The translations under genes and the position numbers were made by a program. From assembly GCA_039028615.1 (NCBI GenBank), contig JBCCHT010000016.1, positions 32,001 through 96,000 of the forward strand: a DNA stretch of 64,000 nt. The letters are read 5' to 3'. A model generated the notes under the pieces. The model had not been told where the DNA came from. It saw only the letters and a program-made list of their open reading frames with translations, and searched no databases. The stretch is from Myxococcota bacterium (GTDB lineage: Bacteria; Myxococcota_A; Polyangia; Nannocystales; Nannocystaceae). Position 1 is the stretch's first letter; each line of letters starts with the position of its first letter. This document shows, piece after piece, positions 27,959 through 38,201 of the stretch.

Positions 27959-30900
27959 TTGCCGTCGGTGGCACCGCGGGACGAGGACACGGGGTCGTCG
28001 GAGACGAAGCGGGAGGGGGCGAGCGGCGAGACCTTCGACACCGACACCGACGCCGAGCGGATCGGAGCCCGTGTGCGGGCACGGTTGCTGGCCAGCGCGC
28101 CCCAAATGGCGTGGCGCATCGGTCGGTATCAGGTCCTGGAGACCATCGGGCACGGCGGCATGGGGACCGTTCATGCGGCCTACGATGAACAGCTCGATCG
28201 CAAGGTGGCGATCAAGGTCCTGCTCGAGGACGGGGCATTCGGTCCCGAAGAGCACGCCCGGCTGATCCGCGAGGCCCAGGCGCTCGCCCGGCTGTCTCAT
28301 CCCAACGTGGTCGCCGTGCACGAGGTGGGTGAGCACGATGGCGACCTCTTCCTCGCGATGGAGTTCGTGCGCGGCGAGAGCCTGGCCAAGTGGCTGAGCA
28401 CCAACCCCGACTGGCAAAAGGTGCTGAAGACCTATGTGGAGGCGGGCCGCGGTCTGGCGGAGGCGCATCGGGTCGATCTCGTTCACCGCGACTTCAAGCC
28501 CCTGAACGTCATGCGCAGCGACGACGGTGCGGTGAAGGTCCTCGACTTCGGGCTCGCCAGCGTCGTCACCGAGCCCTCCACGAACGACCACGACGCGGGA
28601 CCCATCTCTTCGTCGTTCTCCGAGTCGCTGACGATCCCGGGCACGGTGATGGGCACGCCGCCCTATATGTCGCCCGAGCAGCACCAGGGCGACGGGGCCG
28701 ATGCGCGCAGTGACCAGTACTCGTTTTGCGTGGCGCTCTGGGAGGCGCTGACGGGCGCGCGGCCTTTTGCCGCCAAGAACGTTCAGCTGCTCTACGAGGA
28801 CAAGCTGCGGGGGCCTCCGTCGTGGCCACGGTCGGCCGCTGCGGTACCGCGGAGCATCGTCGAGGCCCTGCGGCGCGGCCTCGCCCCCGATGCCGACCAC
28901 CGCTGGCCATCGATGGAGCCCCTGCTCGATGCGTTGACTTGGGATCCGGGCCGTCGCCGACTTCGCGGAGCGTTGGCCCTCGCAGGGGTATCGGTGGTCG
29001 GGCTGGGCGGGGTGACCCTGTACACGATGACCCAGGGCGAGACCGCGTGCACCGGGGCCGAGGCGAAGCTCGCCGGGGTCTGGGACGACGCGCGCCAGGC
29101 CGAGGTGCAGGCGGCAGTGCAGGGGATCGACGAGCCCTACGCACAGGGCGTCTGGGCGCGGACGCAACGGGCCCTCGACGACTACGCCAGCGCATGGGTG
29201 GCCATGCACACCGAGGCGTGCGAGGCCACGTCGATCCGAGGAGAGCAGTCGGCCCACATGCTCGATCTACGGATGGCGTGTCTGCAGCGGGCGGCCGTCG
29301 ATCTTCAGACCACGGTCGACACGCTGGCCAGCGCCGACGAGGCGGTGGTACGTCGCGCCCATCGCCTCACGGCCCGCTTGCCGCCGCTGGCCGGCTGTGC
29401 CGACACCCAAGCCCTGTCGAGCTCCGAGGACCCGCCGCGCCCCGAAGACGCGTCCGCGGTCGAGGTCGCGCGCCTGGAGCTGTCCCGATCGGAGAGCCTC
29501 GAGCGGGCGGGTCGCTACCCGGCGGCCCGCGACGCGGTCGAGTCGGCCCGCAGCGCGCTGGAGGGCGTGGACTACGGTCCGGTCAATGCCCGGTTGGCGC
29601 TGCGCGACGGCTTGGTGAAGGGCAGGCTCGGTGACTTCGAGGCCGCTGAAGCCTCGCTCAACGAGGCGGTGACGCTGGCGTCACAGTGGAACCAACGAGA
29701 CTCGCTCGCGCAGGCGGCCATCGGGTTGTTGGAGGTCGTCGGCTACCAGCTTCGCGAGGCGGAGGGGCTGCGCTACTGGTCGATCGCCCGCGGGGCGTCC
29801 ACGGGGCAGCCTCGACGCATGGCGGAGGCGCTGACCACCCACGCGTTGGCCCTGAGCACGCTGGGCAAGCTCGACGAGGCGGAGGCCGAGCACCGGGCCG
29901 CCATCGAGCTCCAGGAATCGACCTTGGGCCCGGACCACCCCGACCTGGCGGGCTCCCACAACAACCTGGCGATCGCGTTGGCGCAGGGGGGCAAGCTCGA
30001 TGCGGCCGAGGTGGAGTTCCGAGCGACCGTCGAGCGCCGTCGCGAGTCGCTCGGCCTCGAGCACCCCGAGTCGATCAAGTCGCTCGGCAACCTCGGCAAC
30101 GTGCTCGCGCAGCAGGGCAAGCTGGCCGAGGCCGAGGCCATCACCCGCCAGGCGCTGTCGCTGGCTCAGCGCGCGCTGGGGCCCCGGCATCCCGAGGTCG
30201 CCCTGCGGCGGGGCGCGCTCGGTCATATCTTGTCGGCGCAAGGCAAGGTCGAGGAGGCCGAGACCGAGACGCGTGAAGCCCTGGCGTTGGCCGAGGCAGT
30301 CCTCGGTCCCGAGCACCCCGACGTCACCATGTCGCGCTACAACCTCGGGGCCATCTTGCAGGACCAGCTGCGCTTCGCCGAGGCGGAAGCCGAGTTCCGG
30401 GCGGCCACCGCCCAGTGGCTGAAGCAGCTGGGCCCCGAGCATCCCGACGTCGCGCTCGGTCGTAGCAGCCTCGGGGCGGTGCTCGAGGCCCAGGGCAAGC
30501 ACGAGGAGGCCGAGACGGCGCTCCGCGAGGCGGTGCAGCTGCGCGAGAAAGCGCTGGGGCCCGATCATCCCTCGCTGGCGTTCACCCGCCAGCACCTCGC
30601 TCTCACCCTGGTCGCGCTGGGTAAGCTCGAGGAGGCCGAAGCCGAGCTCCGGGCGTCGTTGTCGATCTCCGAGGAAGCGCTGGGCGCCGAGCACCCGCAG
30701 CTGTCGTTGGTGCGCAGTGACCTGGCCTCGGTATTGATCGAGCGCGGTCGCGTCACCGAGGCCTTGCCGCTCGCCGAGAAGGCCCAGCCGAAGCCCGAAC
30801 GCGACGACGTGCCGGCCGATGTTCGAGCCTACGCGTCGTTCGTGCTCGGGCGGGCGCTATGGGACATCGAGCCCCCGCAGCGCGACCGCCTCGAGGCACG

Positions 30901-31006
30901 CAAGTTGGCCGAGGCCGCACGGCAGCGCCTGAAGGCGGCGGAGGCGACGGACGAGACGCTGCTGCGGGAGGTCGAGCAGTGGCTGACGCAGCATCCCGCG
31001 CCGTGA
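27959..31006 (+). CDS. Ser/Thr kinase with TM and multiple LGPxHP-type TPRs
   Basis: GHGGMGTV, VAIK, HRDFKPLN, DFG, GTPPYMSPE; approximately 42-aa TPR repeats. Start uncertain. Confidence 0.95.
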   Translation: MPSVAPRDEDTGSSETKREGASGETFDTDTDAERIGARVRARLLASAPQMAWRIGRYQVLETIGHGGMGTVHAAYDEQLDRKVAIKVLLEDGAFGPEEHARLIREAQALARLSHPNVVAVHEVGEHDGDLFLAMEFVRGESLAKWLSTNPDWQKVLKTYVEAGRGLAEAHRVDLVHRDFKPLNVMRSDDGAVKVLDFGLASVVTEPSTNDHDAGPISSSFSESLTIPGTVMGTPPYMSPEQHQGDGADARSDQYSFCVALWEALTGARPFAAKNVQLLYEDKLRGPPSWPRSAAAVPRSIVEALRRGLAPDADHRWPSMEPLLDALTWDPGRRRLRGALALAGVSVVGLGGVTLYTMTQGETACTGAEAKLAGVWDDARQAEVQAAVQGIDEPYAQGVWARTQRALDDYASAWVAMHTEACEATSIRGEQSAHMLDLRMACLQRAAVDLQTTVDTLASADEAVVRRAHRLTARLPPLAGCADTQALSSSEDPPRPEDASAVEVARLELSRSESLERAGRYPAARDAVESARSALEGVDYGPVNARLALRDGLVKGRLGDFEAAEASLNEAVTLASQWNQRDSLAQAAIGLLEVVGYQLREAEGLRYWSIARGASTGQPRRMAEALTTHALALSTLGKLDEAEAEHRAAIELQESTLGPDHPDLAGSHNNLAIALAQGGKLDAAEVEFRATVERRRESLGLEHPESIKSLGNLGNVLAQQGKLAEAEAITRQALSLAQRALGPRHPEVALRRGALGHILSAQGKVEEAETETREALALAEAVLGPEHPDVTMSRYNLGAILQDQLRFAEAEAEFRAATAQWLKQLGPEHPDVALGRSSLGAVLEAQGKHEEAETALREAVQLREKALGPDHPSLAFTRQHLALTLVALGKLEEAEAELRASLSISEEALGAEHPQLSLVRSDLASVLIERGRVTEALPLAEKAQPKPERDDVPADVRAYASFVLGRALWDIEPPQRDRLEARKLAEAARQRLKAAEATDETLLREVEQWLTQHPAP

Positions 31007-31016
31007 TCGGGGCGCC

Positions 31017-31994
31017 TCAGTCGAGCGAGCTCGAGAACTCCAGCAGCGCGCGATTGACCGCCTCCGGGCGTTCTTGCTGCACCCAGTGCCCGGCCCCGGG
31101 GATCACCACTGGCTCCCGCAGGTCCTCGAAGAACGCCTCCTGGGCCTTCATCATGTTCATACCGGGGGCATAGCGGAGCACCGAGTCGTGCTCGCCGACG
31201 ATGAATGCCGCCGGCTGCTGGATCTTCATCTGGTCGAGCTGGGGCAGGGCATGCCAGTCCGCGTCCATGTTGCGGTAGCGCTCCAGCCCGCCACGAAAAC
31301 CCGAGTGCTCGTAGGCGGCGGCGTAGCGATCGAGGATCTCGGGCGGGAGCCAGTCCGGCAGCGGGTCGGGGGCGATCAGCCCGTCGAGGTAGCCCGAGTC
31401 GCGGGTCCGTGAGCGCATGCCCTGGCGGACCTGCGGGGTGACCTCGCCGCAGCTCGCGAAGTAGATCTTGGCCAGGGCATCGCGCACGTCGACCTCGAAC
31501 TCGGCCTCGGGAATGCCCCTTCGCTGGAAGTACAGGATGTAGAAGAACCGGTCGCGGTACAGCGAGGCCAACATCTGGGTGGGAGGCATCGGCCCGCCGC
31601 GCCCGAGGTGGGGCACGCTCAGGCCGACGACGGCCCGCACCCGCTCGGGGTGCAGCAGCGCGGTATGCCAGACCAGGGGCGCGCCCCAGTCGTGACCGAC
31701 CAAGATTGCACTGCGCTCGCCCAGCGCCTCCACGAGCCCCGCGATGTCGGCGGTCATCGTGGTCATGGCATAGGCCTCGACCGGCTCGGGCGCGTCGCTA
31801 TGCCCGTAGCCCTTCACGTCGGGTACCGCGACTCGATAGCCCGCGTCGACGAGCGGCTGGATCTGGTGGCGCCACGACAGCCACAGCTCGGGCCAGCCAT
31901 GAACGAGCACCACGAGCGGCCCTTCGCCTTCGAGCGCGACCCGCAGAGTGATGCCGTTGGTACGAATGCGTTCGAAGTGCGGCTCGAGCAACAT
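31017..31994 (-). CDS. epoxide-hydrolase-like alpha/beta hydrolase
   Basis: HGWPE, GHDWGA, GAGHWVQQE. Confidence 0.92.
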   Translation of the reverse strand: MLLEPHFERIRTNGITLRVALEGEGPLVVLVHGWPELWLSWRHQIQPLVDAGYRVAVPDVKGYGHSDAPEPVEAYAMTTMTADIAGLVEALGERSAILVGHDWGAPLVWHTALLHPERVRAVVGLSVPHLGRGGPMPPTQMLASLYRDRFFYILYFQRRGIPEAEFEVDVRDALAKIYFASCGEVTPQVRQGMRSRTRDSGYLDGLIAPDPLPDWLPPEILDRYAAAYEHSGFRGGLERYRNMDADWHALPQLDQMKIQQPAAFIVGEHDSVLRYAPGMNMMKAQEAFFEDLREPVVIPGAGHWVQQERPEAVNRALLEFSSSLD

Positions 31995-32023
31995 GCCACC
32001 GACGACAATACCACGGCGTCCGG

Positions 32024-32635
32024 CTACGGATTGACGTGCACGACCCGAAAGCGGTCGGAGCCCAGGGTGAACGCGCCCGCATTGGTCGCCACGCTCCCGC
32101 CCAGGGCCAGCACGGGCAGGGCGAAGAGCAGGCCTGCGCCGCCCTGATCGGTGTCGAAGGCGGAGTCGAAGGACCACTCGCCGTCATCGGGACGAGCGAT
32201 GAAGGTCTCGGGCGGACCGAGGGTGGTGCCCGCCTGGGCCCGCACCCCGATGTTCTGGCCGCGGGCGCGGATCCACGTGCCGTGGGCCTCGCTCTGGAAC
32301 GACACGCTCTCGTCACCGAAGCAGGAGCACTGCACCGTCCACTGGAACTCCTGGAGCGTGCGACCCAACGCAGCCGCGGTGTTGATGTCGGCGTGCCGGA
32401 CTTCGCCGCCGGGGTTGGTGTAGATGGCCGTGGCCTGGGGACGATCGAGGACGTTGATATAGACCGCCTCGCCGTCGAACTCGCGGCAAAAGGGATTGTT
32501 GGCGCCGAAGTTCGCGGTGCGAACCGTGTCGTCGGCGAGATCTTCGTCGGCCTCCGGATCGCACGCGGTGACGGAGCCCAAGGCCATGGCCAAGGTGAGG
32601 AGGATTCGGGTCGATTGTTGGAGAGCGCCGTACAT
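32024..32635 (-). CDS. lipoprotein with probable fascin-like beta-trefoil domain
   Basis: Lipobox VTAC; VSFQSEAHGTWIRA, GPPETF and DRFRVV trefoil-like motifs. Confidence 0.6.
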   Translation of the reverse strand: MYGALQQSTRILLTLAMALGSVTACDPEADEDLADDTVRTANFGANNPFCREFDGEAVYINVLDRPQATAIYTNPGGEVRHADINTAAALGRTLQEFQWTVQCSCFGDESVSFQSEAHGTWIRARGQNIGVRAQAGTTLGPPETFIARPDDGEWSFDSAFDTDQGGAGLLFALPVLALGGSVATNAGAFTLGSDRFRVVHVNP

Positions 32636-32825
32636 AGGGGTCCATCGAGAGGCCTCGCGGCGCCACCCCTTCGCCACTTCGCACCCGCGTCGTGGGGGGT
32701 CACATCTCGCGAACGACCTGCGAAATGTCTGTTCCCCAGCCCCAGCCCGATTCTTCAACGCGCAGGAAAAATCGTCACGGCGTTGGGCTCGCCGCGACGA
32801 TGAGTCACGGCCGGTAAGGTCCGCG

Positions 32826-35800
32826 TTACGCCGGTTCTCGCTCGCGGAGCCACGCCTCGACCGCAGCCCGATCTTTGCTCGCCTTGGCCTCGGGGACCTT
32901 CTGATAGGTCTCGCGCGCGTCTCGAGCGAGCCGCAGCGCGCGGGGTCGAGCGCCGCCCGCGTCGGCCTCGAGTTCCCACAGCACCTGGGCGGCGACGAAG
33001 TGGCTCTTGGCGACCTCCTCGGGGGAGTCGTCGCCTTTGGCGACCAGCGCGAGTCCCCGCTCGGCATGAGACAGCGCGGCCTCGGTGTCGCCTTCTTCGA
33101 GGTACACGAGCGCCAGGCCCTGCGCGATGCGATTGGCGGCGCTGCCCTCGAGTCGCTCGGTCCCCTGTTGGAGCGACAGCGCGCGCTCGAGTCGCTGCCT
33201 GGCCTGGCGTCGGTCCCCGCGTTCGAGCGCGAGCTGGCCGATGCGGCTGAGGGGGCCGGCGAGCGACTCGTGCGTGGGGCCGTGCCGCTGGGTCATGCTG
33301 TCGAGCACTCGCTCGTAGAACTTCATCGCTTCGTCGTACTCGCCGAGCGAGGCCGCGATGGAGCCGAGGTGAGAGAAGGCCTTGAGCGTGTGCGGGTGCT
33401 CGGCGCCGAGCAGCTTCTCCAGCATGTCGGCGCCCCGCTTGCCCACCGATCGGGCTTCCGTGTAGTTGCCCCGCCCGTCGGCGATGAACGACAGGTTCAT
33501 CAGCGTGATCGCCATTTGGGGATGCTCGGGGCCGAGCGCGGCGCGACGGATCTTCAGGGCCCGCCGATGCTGGGCCTCGGCCGTATCGAGCTCACCCAGG
33601 CCTTGGTAGACGAGCGCGAGGTTGTTGAGCGCGGTGGCGATCTGAGGGTGCTCGGGGTCGACCGAGGCCTCGTAGAGCGCCAGCGAGCGCTCGAGGGCGG
33701 CCTTGGCCTCGTCGGCGTTGCCCATCCGATGATGGAATAGACCCAAGTTGCTCAGCGCCGCGGCCACCAGCGGATGGTTGGCCCCGTAGGCGTACTCCAG
33801 TCGCTCGAGGGCCTCGGTCTGGAGCTCGATGGCCCCCGGGAGGTCACCTTCCGCGTTGGCGCTCGCGGCCAGGTTACCGAGCATGGAGGCGACCTGGGGG
33901 TGGTCTTTGCCGAAGGTCTCCTCGCGAAGTCGACGCGCGCGCTCGAAGTTCTCGCGGGCTTTGTCGTGGTCGCCCTTGTTGAGGTAAATCGCCGCGACCT
34001 GGTTGGCGAGGTTGGCCGTGCGCGGGCCGTCGTCGGGCTCGAGCTTGCGGGCGTAGACCTCGGCGATCTTGGCCCAGGCGAGGCCTTCGCCGTGGCGGGA
34101 GCGTCGATACCCCACGACGTAGGCGAGCGAGGCCGAGGCCGTGGCCGCGGTCTCCAGGGCGTCGGCCACCCCGGCCTCGCTGAAGGCCTGGATGAAGGTG
34201 CGTTCGGCCTCCTCGTAAAGCCCCTGCTCGAGCTGAATCGTGCCGACCTGAGTGCGTGCCGCGGAGATGAGGGCCGGCTCGCCGAGCTGCTCGGCGAGGT
34301 CGAGGGCCTGCCGAGCCGCGCCCTCGGCCGCGCTGAAATCGGAGACCGCGTGCAGGTCCATGGAGCGAGCGATTCGCTCGTGTACCGACAGCACGGCCTC
34401 GCGGGCTTCGGGTGGATGAGAGGGGCGCAGACGCAGATACCGGGGATCGAGGCAGGACTCGAGCTGCGGCAGGCGAGCGGCCGAGGCCACCGCCTCGCTC
34501 ACCGCCTTCTCGTCCGGGTTCTGCAGTCGCGTGGCCAACAGCGGCAGGTGCAAGCGGTGGGTCTCGAGGCACTCGACCGCTCGCTCGGCGAGCTCGGGAT
34601 CGAAGCGCTCCTCGATCTCGGTCGCCATGCACAGATCGGTGCGATGGTCCTGCCACGAAGACGCCCAGCGAGTGATGCGAGGCAGCGCGTTCACGACCGC
34701 GTCGGGGGCGTAGACCAGCCCGGTGTCGAGCATGGCGCGGCGCGCTTGGGCTTCGGTATCCTCGGACCACTGCTCGGTGATCGCCGCGCCCAGGGTCTCG
34801 CATTCGGAGACCTGCTGCTGCTTGTGGTACTGGTGGAAACCTACCGCCCCCACCGCGAGGGCACCCAACGTTGCGCTCGCCAACAGCAAGGGGCGCCGAC
34901 GCCCGTGCCCGATGCCGGCCTCGATCGTGAGCAATAGATCGGCCATCGAGGGATGGCGGTCGGTCGGCTTTGCCGATAGGCCCCGCATCAGCGCGCGCCG
35001 CAGCCATCGCGGGCCCTTCGACGCGGTGGACACCTGGATGTCGCCCTGGACGACTATCATCGCCAGCTGCACGCGGCTCGACGCGCCGTAGGGGTGCTTG
35101 CCGTAGACCGCTTCCCACAGGGCGACACAGAACGCGAACTGATCCGCGGCCGCCCCCGCTTCTTCGCGGAGGTGCTGCTCGGGCGCCATATAGGCTGGCG
35201 TCCCGAGCACGCTGCCGACCTCGGTCAGCGGGTTCTCGAGGGCGTCGTTGCTCGGGACCGCCAGCTCGATGTCCTCGGGGATCGTCTCGTGGTCGATGCC
35301 GGAGCCGGTGGGTCGAGCCAGGCCGAAGTCGAGCACGCGGACCCGCCCGTCTTCGCCGACCATGACGTTGTCTGGCTTGAAGTCGCGGTGGACGATGCCC
35401 TTTTTGTGCGCCTCGGCCAGGCCGCGCCCCGCGTGCAGGTACATCTCGATGAGTTCTCTTTGGGGTCGCTGCTCCTCGCGGGCCCAGGCCCCGAGGGTCA
35501 CGCCCTCGACGAAGTCCATCGCGATGTAGACCCCGCCCTCGTACTCGCCGACGTCGTGCACGCTGACCACGTTGGGGTGGTCGAGCTTGGCGAGGGCTTG
35601 GGCCTCGCGGAGCAGGCGTCGCTGGGCACGTTCGGTCGAGGCCGGCGACGACCGAGTCACCGCGGGGTGCAGCAGCTTCAGCGCCACCCGCCGATCGAGC
35701 TCTGGATCGTAGGCGACGTACACCACCCCCATTCCACCCACCCCGAGCCGGCTGAGCACGACGTAGCGCCCCACCGTCTGACCGCGCATGAACGAAGCGG

Positions 35801-35912
35801 TCCGGCGAGGCGGCGGGCTGACCTCCTCGTCCGCGTCGGTGAGGGGGACCCCGGGAAGGGTGGGAGCGGCCTCGGAAGGTCCGTCGAAGTCTTGCTGATT
35901 AGGGGTACGCAC
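32826..35912 (-). CDS. Ser/Thr kinase with TM and TPR repeats
   Basis: GVGGMGVV, VALK, HRDFKPDN, DFG, GTPAYMAPE; repeated GxxHP TPRs. Confidence 0.95.
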   Translation of the reverse strand: MRTPNQQDFDGPSEAAPTLPGVPLTDADEEVSPPPRRTASFMRGQTVGRYVVLSRLGVGGMGVVYVAYDPELDRRVALKLLHPAVTRSSPASTERAQRRLLREAQALAKLDHPNVVSVHDVGEYEGGVYIAMDFVEGVTLGAWAREEQRPQRELIEMYLHAGRGLAEAHKKGIVHRDFKPDNVMVGEDGRVRVLDFGLARPTGSGIDHETIPEDIELAVPSNDALENPLTEVGSVLGTPAYMAPEQHLREEAGAAADQFAFCVALWEAVYGKHPYGASSRVQLAMIVVQGDIQVSTASKGPRWLRRALMRGLSAKPTDRHPSMADLLLTIEAGIGHGRRRPLLLASATLGALAVGAVGFHQYHKQQQVSECETLGAAITEQWSEDTEAQARRAMLDTGLVYAPDAVVNALPRITRWASSWQDHRTDLCMATEIEERFDPELAERAVECLETHRLHLPLLATRLQNPDEKAVSEAVASAARLPQLESCLDPRYLRLRPSHPPEAREAVLSVHERIARSMDLHAVSDFSAAEGAARQALDLAEQLGEPALISAARTQVGTIQLEQGLYEEAERTFIQAFSEAGVADALETAATASASLAYVVGYRRSRHGEGLAWAKIAEVYARKLEPDDGPRTANLANQVAAIYLNKGDHDKARENFERARRLREETFGKDHPQVASMLGNLAASANAEGDLPGAIELQTEALERLEYAYGANHPLVAAALSNLGLFHHRMGNADEAKAALERSLALYEASVDPEHPQIATALNNLALVYQGLGELDTAEAQHRRALKIRRAALGPEHPQMAITLMNLSFIADGRGNYTEARSVGKRGADMLEKLLGAEHPHTLKAFSHLGSIAASLGEYDEAMKFYERVLDSMTQRHGPTHESLAGPLSRIGQLALERGDRRQARQRLERALSLQQGTERLEGSAANRIAQGLALVYLEEGDTEAALSHAERGLALVAKGDDSPEEVAKSHFVAAQVLWELEADAGGARPRALRLARDARETYQKVPEAKASKDRAAVEAWLREREPA

Positions 35913-36318
35913 GGGAAAACGTCACCGTTGGTCCGAAGCTCGACGTGCGCCGCCCGCCCCAGCGAACGCGCCGGGGCAAGTGTGGCCAGTTTCAACGTTG
36001 ACCCATACTGTCGCCCTCGTGCAACGCCGGGCCCAATGTTTCAGGGATTCCCCGCGAACGGGCCTGCAAATCGAGCAGGACGCCGATCTGCGGAATCTTC
36101 CGACTGTGCAGATTTCGGCCTCCGCTGAAAGGGCCGATCGCGTGCGCTCGGTTCGCCACCGGGAGCCGTAACATCGGAGGTCTTTGTTCCGGTTCGTGCA
36201 CATGTCTGGCCGGGAGCAGTGCCGGGCGCGAGTGGGCGGTTCGCTCGCCACCCGTGCCGCGGGACTGGCCCATGAGTGCGGTCGGCCGCGCGCTTCAACA
36301 ACGCAACGGAGCAGAGCC

Positions 36319-37248
36319 ATGGATGTCCTTCACAGTGTCCTCATCACGGGTGCCAACGCCGGCCTCGGCAAGGAAACCGCGCGTCAGCTGGCGCTCCAAG
36401 ACGGGATCGAGAAGATCTACCTGGGTTGTCGCAACGAATCCCGGGCCCTCGCGGCCAAGCAGTCCCTCGAGGAGTCTACCGGCAAGTCGGTGTTCGAGAT
36501 CGTGCTCATCGACGTGTCGTCGCCGGAGTCGGTGCGGGCGGCCGTCGCTTCGCTGGACGAGCCCGTCGACGCGCTGGTCATGAACGCGGGAGGCATGGGC
36601 GGTAAAGAGCCCGACGCTCGGACCGCCGACGGGGTCATACAGCTCGTCGCCGTCAACGTGCTCGGCCATGTCGTCCTGCTCGACGAGCTCATGGCCGCGG
36701 GCAAGCTGTCCAAGGTCGCCATCTATGCCGGGTCCGAGGCGGCGCGCGGCGTGCCCAAGATGGGCATCAAGCGGCCCACGCTCGCCAGCTCGTCGGTCGA
36801 CGACTTCGCTGCGATCTGCGATGGCTCGTATTTCGGAGACAAGAAGGTCGACCCCATGGTCGCCTACGCGCAGGCCAAGTACTTGGCGGCGATGTGGATG
36901 GCTTCGGTGGCGCGTCGTCACCCCGAGCTTCGCATCGTGACCGTCAGCCCGGGCGGCACCAACGGCACCAACATCATGGACGACCTGCCGCCCTTCATGA
37001 AGTTCATGTTCAGAGCTCTCGGCAAACGAGTGATGCCGCTCTTCGGCCTGATGCACTCGGTCGACGCGGGGGCCAAGCGCTACGTCGACGTGCTCAACGA
37101 CGACAACTTCCGCAGCGGGGTCTTCTACGCGAGCAAGGCACCGACGCTCACGGGTGAGATCATCGATCAGAGCTCGATCTTCCCCGACCTGAGCAACCCG
37201 CGATACCAAGACAACGCCAACGAAGCCGTGCATCGCTTCATCGCTTGA
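36319..37248 (+). CDS. short-chain dehydrogenase/reductase
   Basis: ITGANAGLG, MNAG, YAQAK. Confidence 0.92.
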   Translation: MDVLHSVLITGANAGLGKETARQLALQDGIEKIYLGCRNESRALAAKQSLEESTGKSVFEIVLIDVSSPESVRAAVASLDEPVDALVMNAGGMGGKEPDARTADGVIQLVAVNVLGHVVLLDELMAAGKLSKVAIYAGSEAARGVPKMGIKRPTLASSSVDDFAAICDGSYFGDKKVDPMVAYAQAKYLAAMWMASVARRHPELRIVTVSPGGTNGTNIMDDLPPFMKFMFRALGKRVMPLFGLMHSVDAGAKRYVDVLNDDNFRSGVFYASKAPTLTGEIIDQSSIFPDLSNPRYQDNANEAVHRFIA

Positions 37249-37294
37249 TGCTCGCTTCAGGGGCCCGGCGGGTGGCGAGGTGTCGTGATGCTTC

Positions 37295-38197
37295 GTGGTA
37301 CACCCGTCCGCGGTGACCCTCGTGCCGCCCGAGTTCGTCGAGACCGCGCAAGGTCGCTTTGCCGTGCTCTCGGTCGGAGACGCCGAGGCTCCGCTGGTGC
37401 TTTGCGCCCACGGCTTTCCCGATCACCCGCCGAGCTTCGGCCCGCTGCTGTGTAGGCTCGCCGACGCGGGATATCGGGCCGTCGCGCCGTGGATGCGGGG
37501 CTATCGGCCGTCCGTGCATCACGGCCCCTACCACGCCGACCAGCTCGCGGCCGATCTCCTCGCGATCGCTGATGCGTTGGGCGCCGACGAGCGCACCGCC
37601 ATCGTCGGCCACGACTGGGGGGCGGTGGCTACCTACGCCGCGCTGCAGCGGGCGCCCCAGCGTTTCCGTCGAGCGGTGACCATGGCGGTGCCGCACCCGG
37701 CCGCCTTTCTCGGCGCGGTCCCTCGGCGACCGAAGCAGCTCGTTCGCAGCTGGTACATGATGTTCTTCCAGCTGCCGCGCGTGCCCGAGCGAGCGCTCGC
37801 TCGCCGCGACCACGCGCTGATCCGCCGCTTGTGGCGAGACTGGTCTCCGGGCTACGCGCTTCCCGACGACCGATGGCAGGCCCTACGCGACTGTCTGGCC
37901 GAGAGCATGCCCGCGCCCATCGAGTACTACCGTGCCATCACTCGCCCCGCTGCCGAAGCGCTGGCGCGGACCCGTCGGCAGTTCGATGACGGCACCATTC
38001 ACACGCCGACGCTGTACCTCCACGGGGCCGACGACGGCTGTATCGCACCCGAGCTCGCCCACGAACAAGGGCAGTTCTTCGCCGCCGAGTACCAGCCGAT
38101 CGTACTGCCCGGCGTGGGCCACTTCCTGCAGCTGGAAGCGCCCGACCTCGTCGCCGACCACGTGCTGAAGTGGTTGGGCCCCGCGCGCTCTGGGTGA
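37295..38197 (+). CDS. alpha/beta hydrolase (epoxide hydrolase family)
   Basis: HGFPD, GHDWGA, HGADDGC, GHFLQLE. Start uncertain. Confidence 0.92.
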   Translation: MVHPSAVTLVPPEFVETAQGRFAVLSVGDAEAPLVLCAHGFPDHPPSFGPLLCRLADAGYRAVAPWMRGYRPSVHHGPYHADQLAADLLAIADALGADERTAIVGHDWGAVATYAALQRAPQRFRRAVTMAVPHPAAFLGAVPRRPKQLVRSWYMMFFQLPRVPERALARRDHALIRRLWRDWSPGYALPDDRWQALRDCLAESMPAPIEYYRAITRPAAEALARTRRQFDDGTIHTPTLYLHGADDGCIAPELAHEQGQFFAAEYQPIVLPGVGHFLQLEAPDLVADHVLKWLGPARSG

Positions 38198-38201
38198 TCG
38201 C

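Noticed and set aside
36082..36119. Imperfect inverted repeat with inner palindrome CGGAATCTTCCG upstream of the SDR gene
   Set aside because: It is a single short copy with no adjacent regulator and cannot be distinguished from chance.
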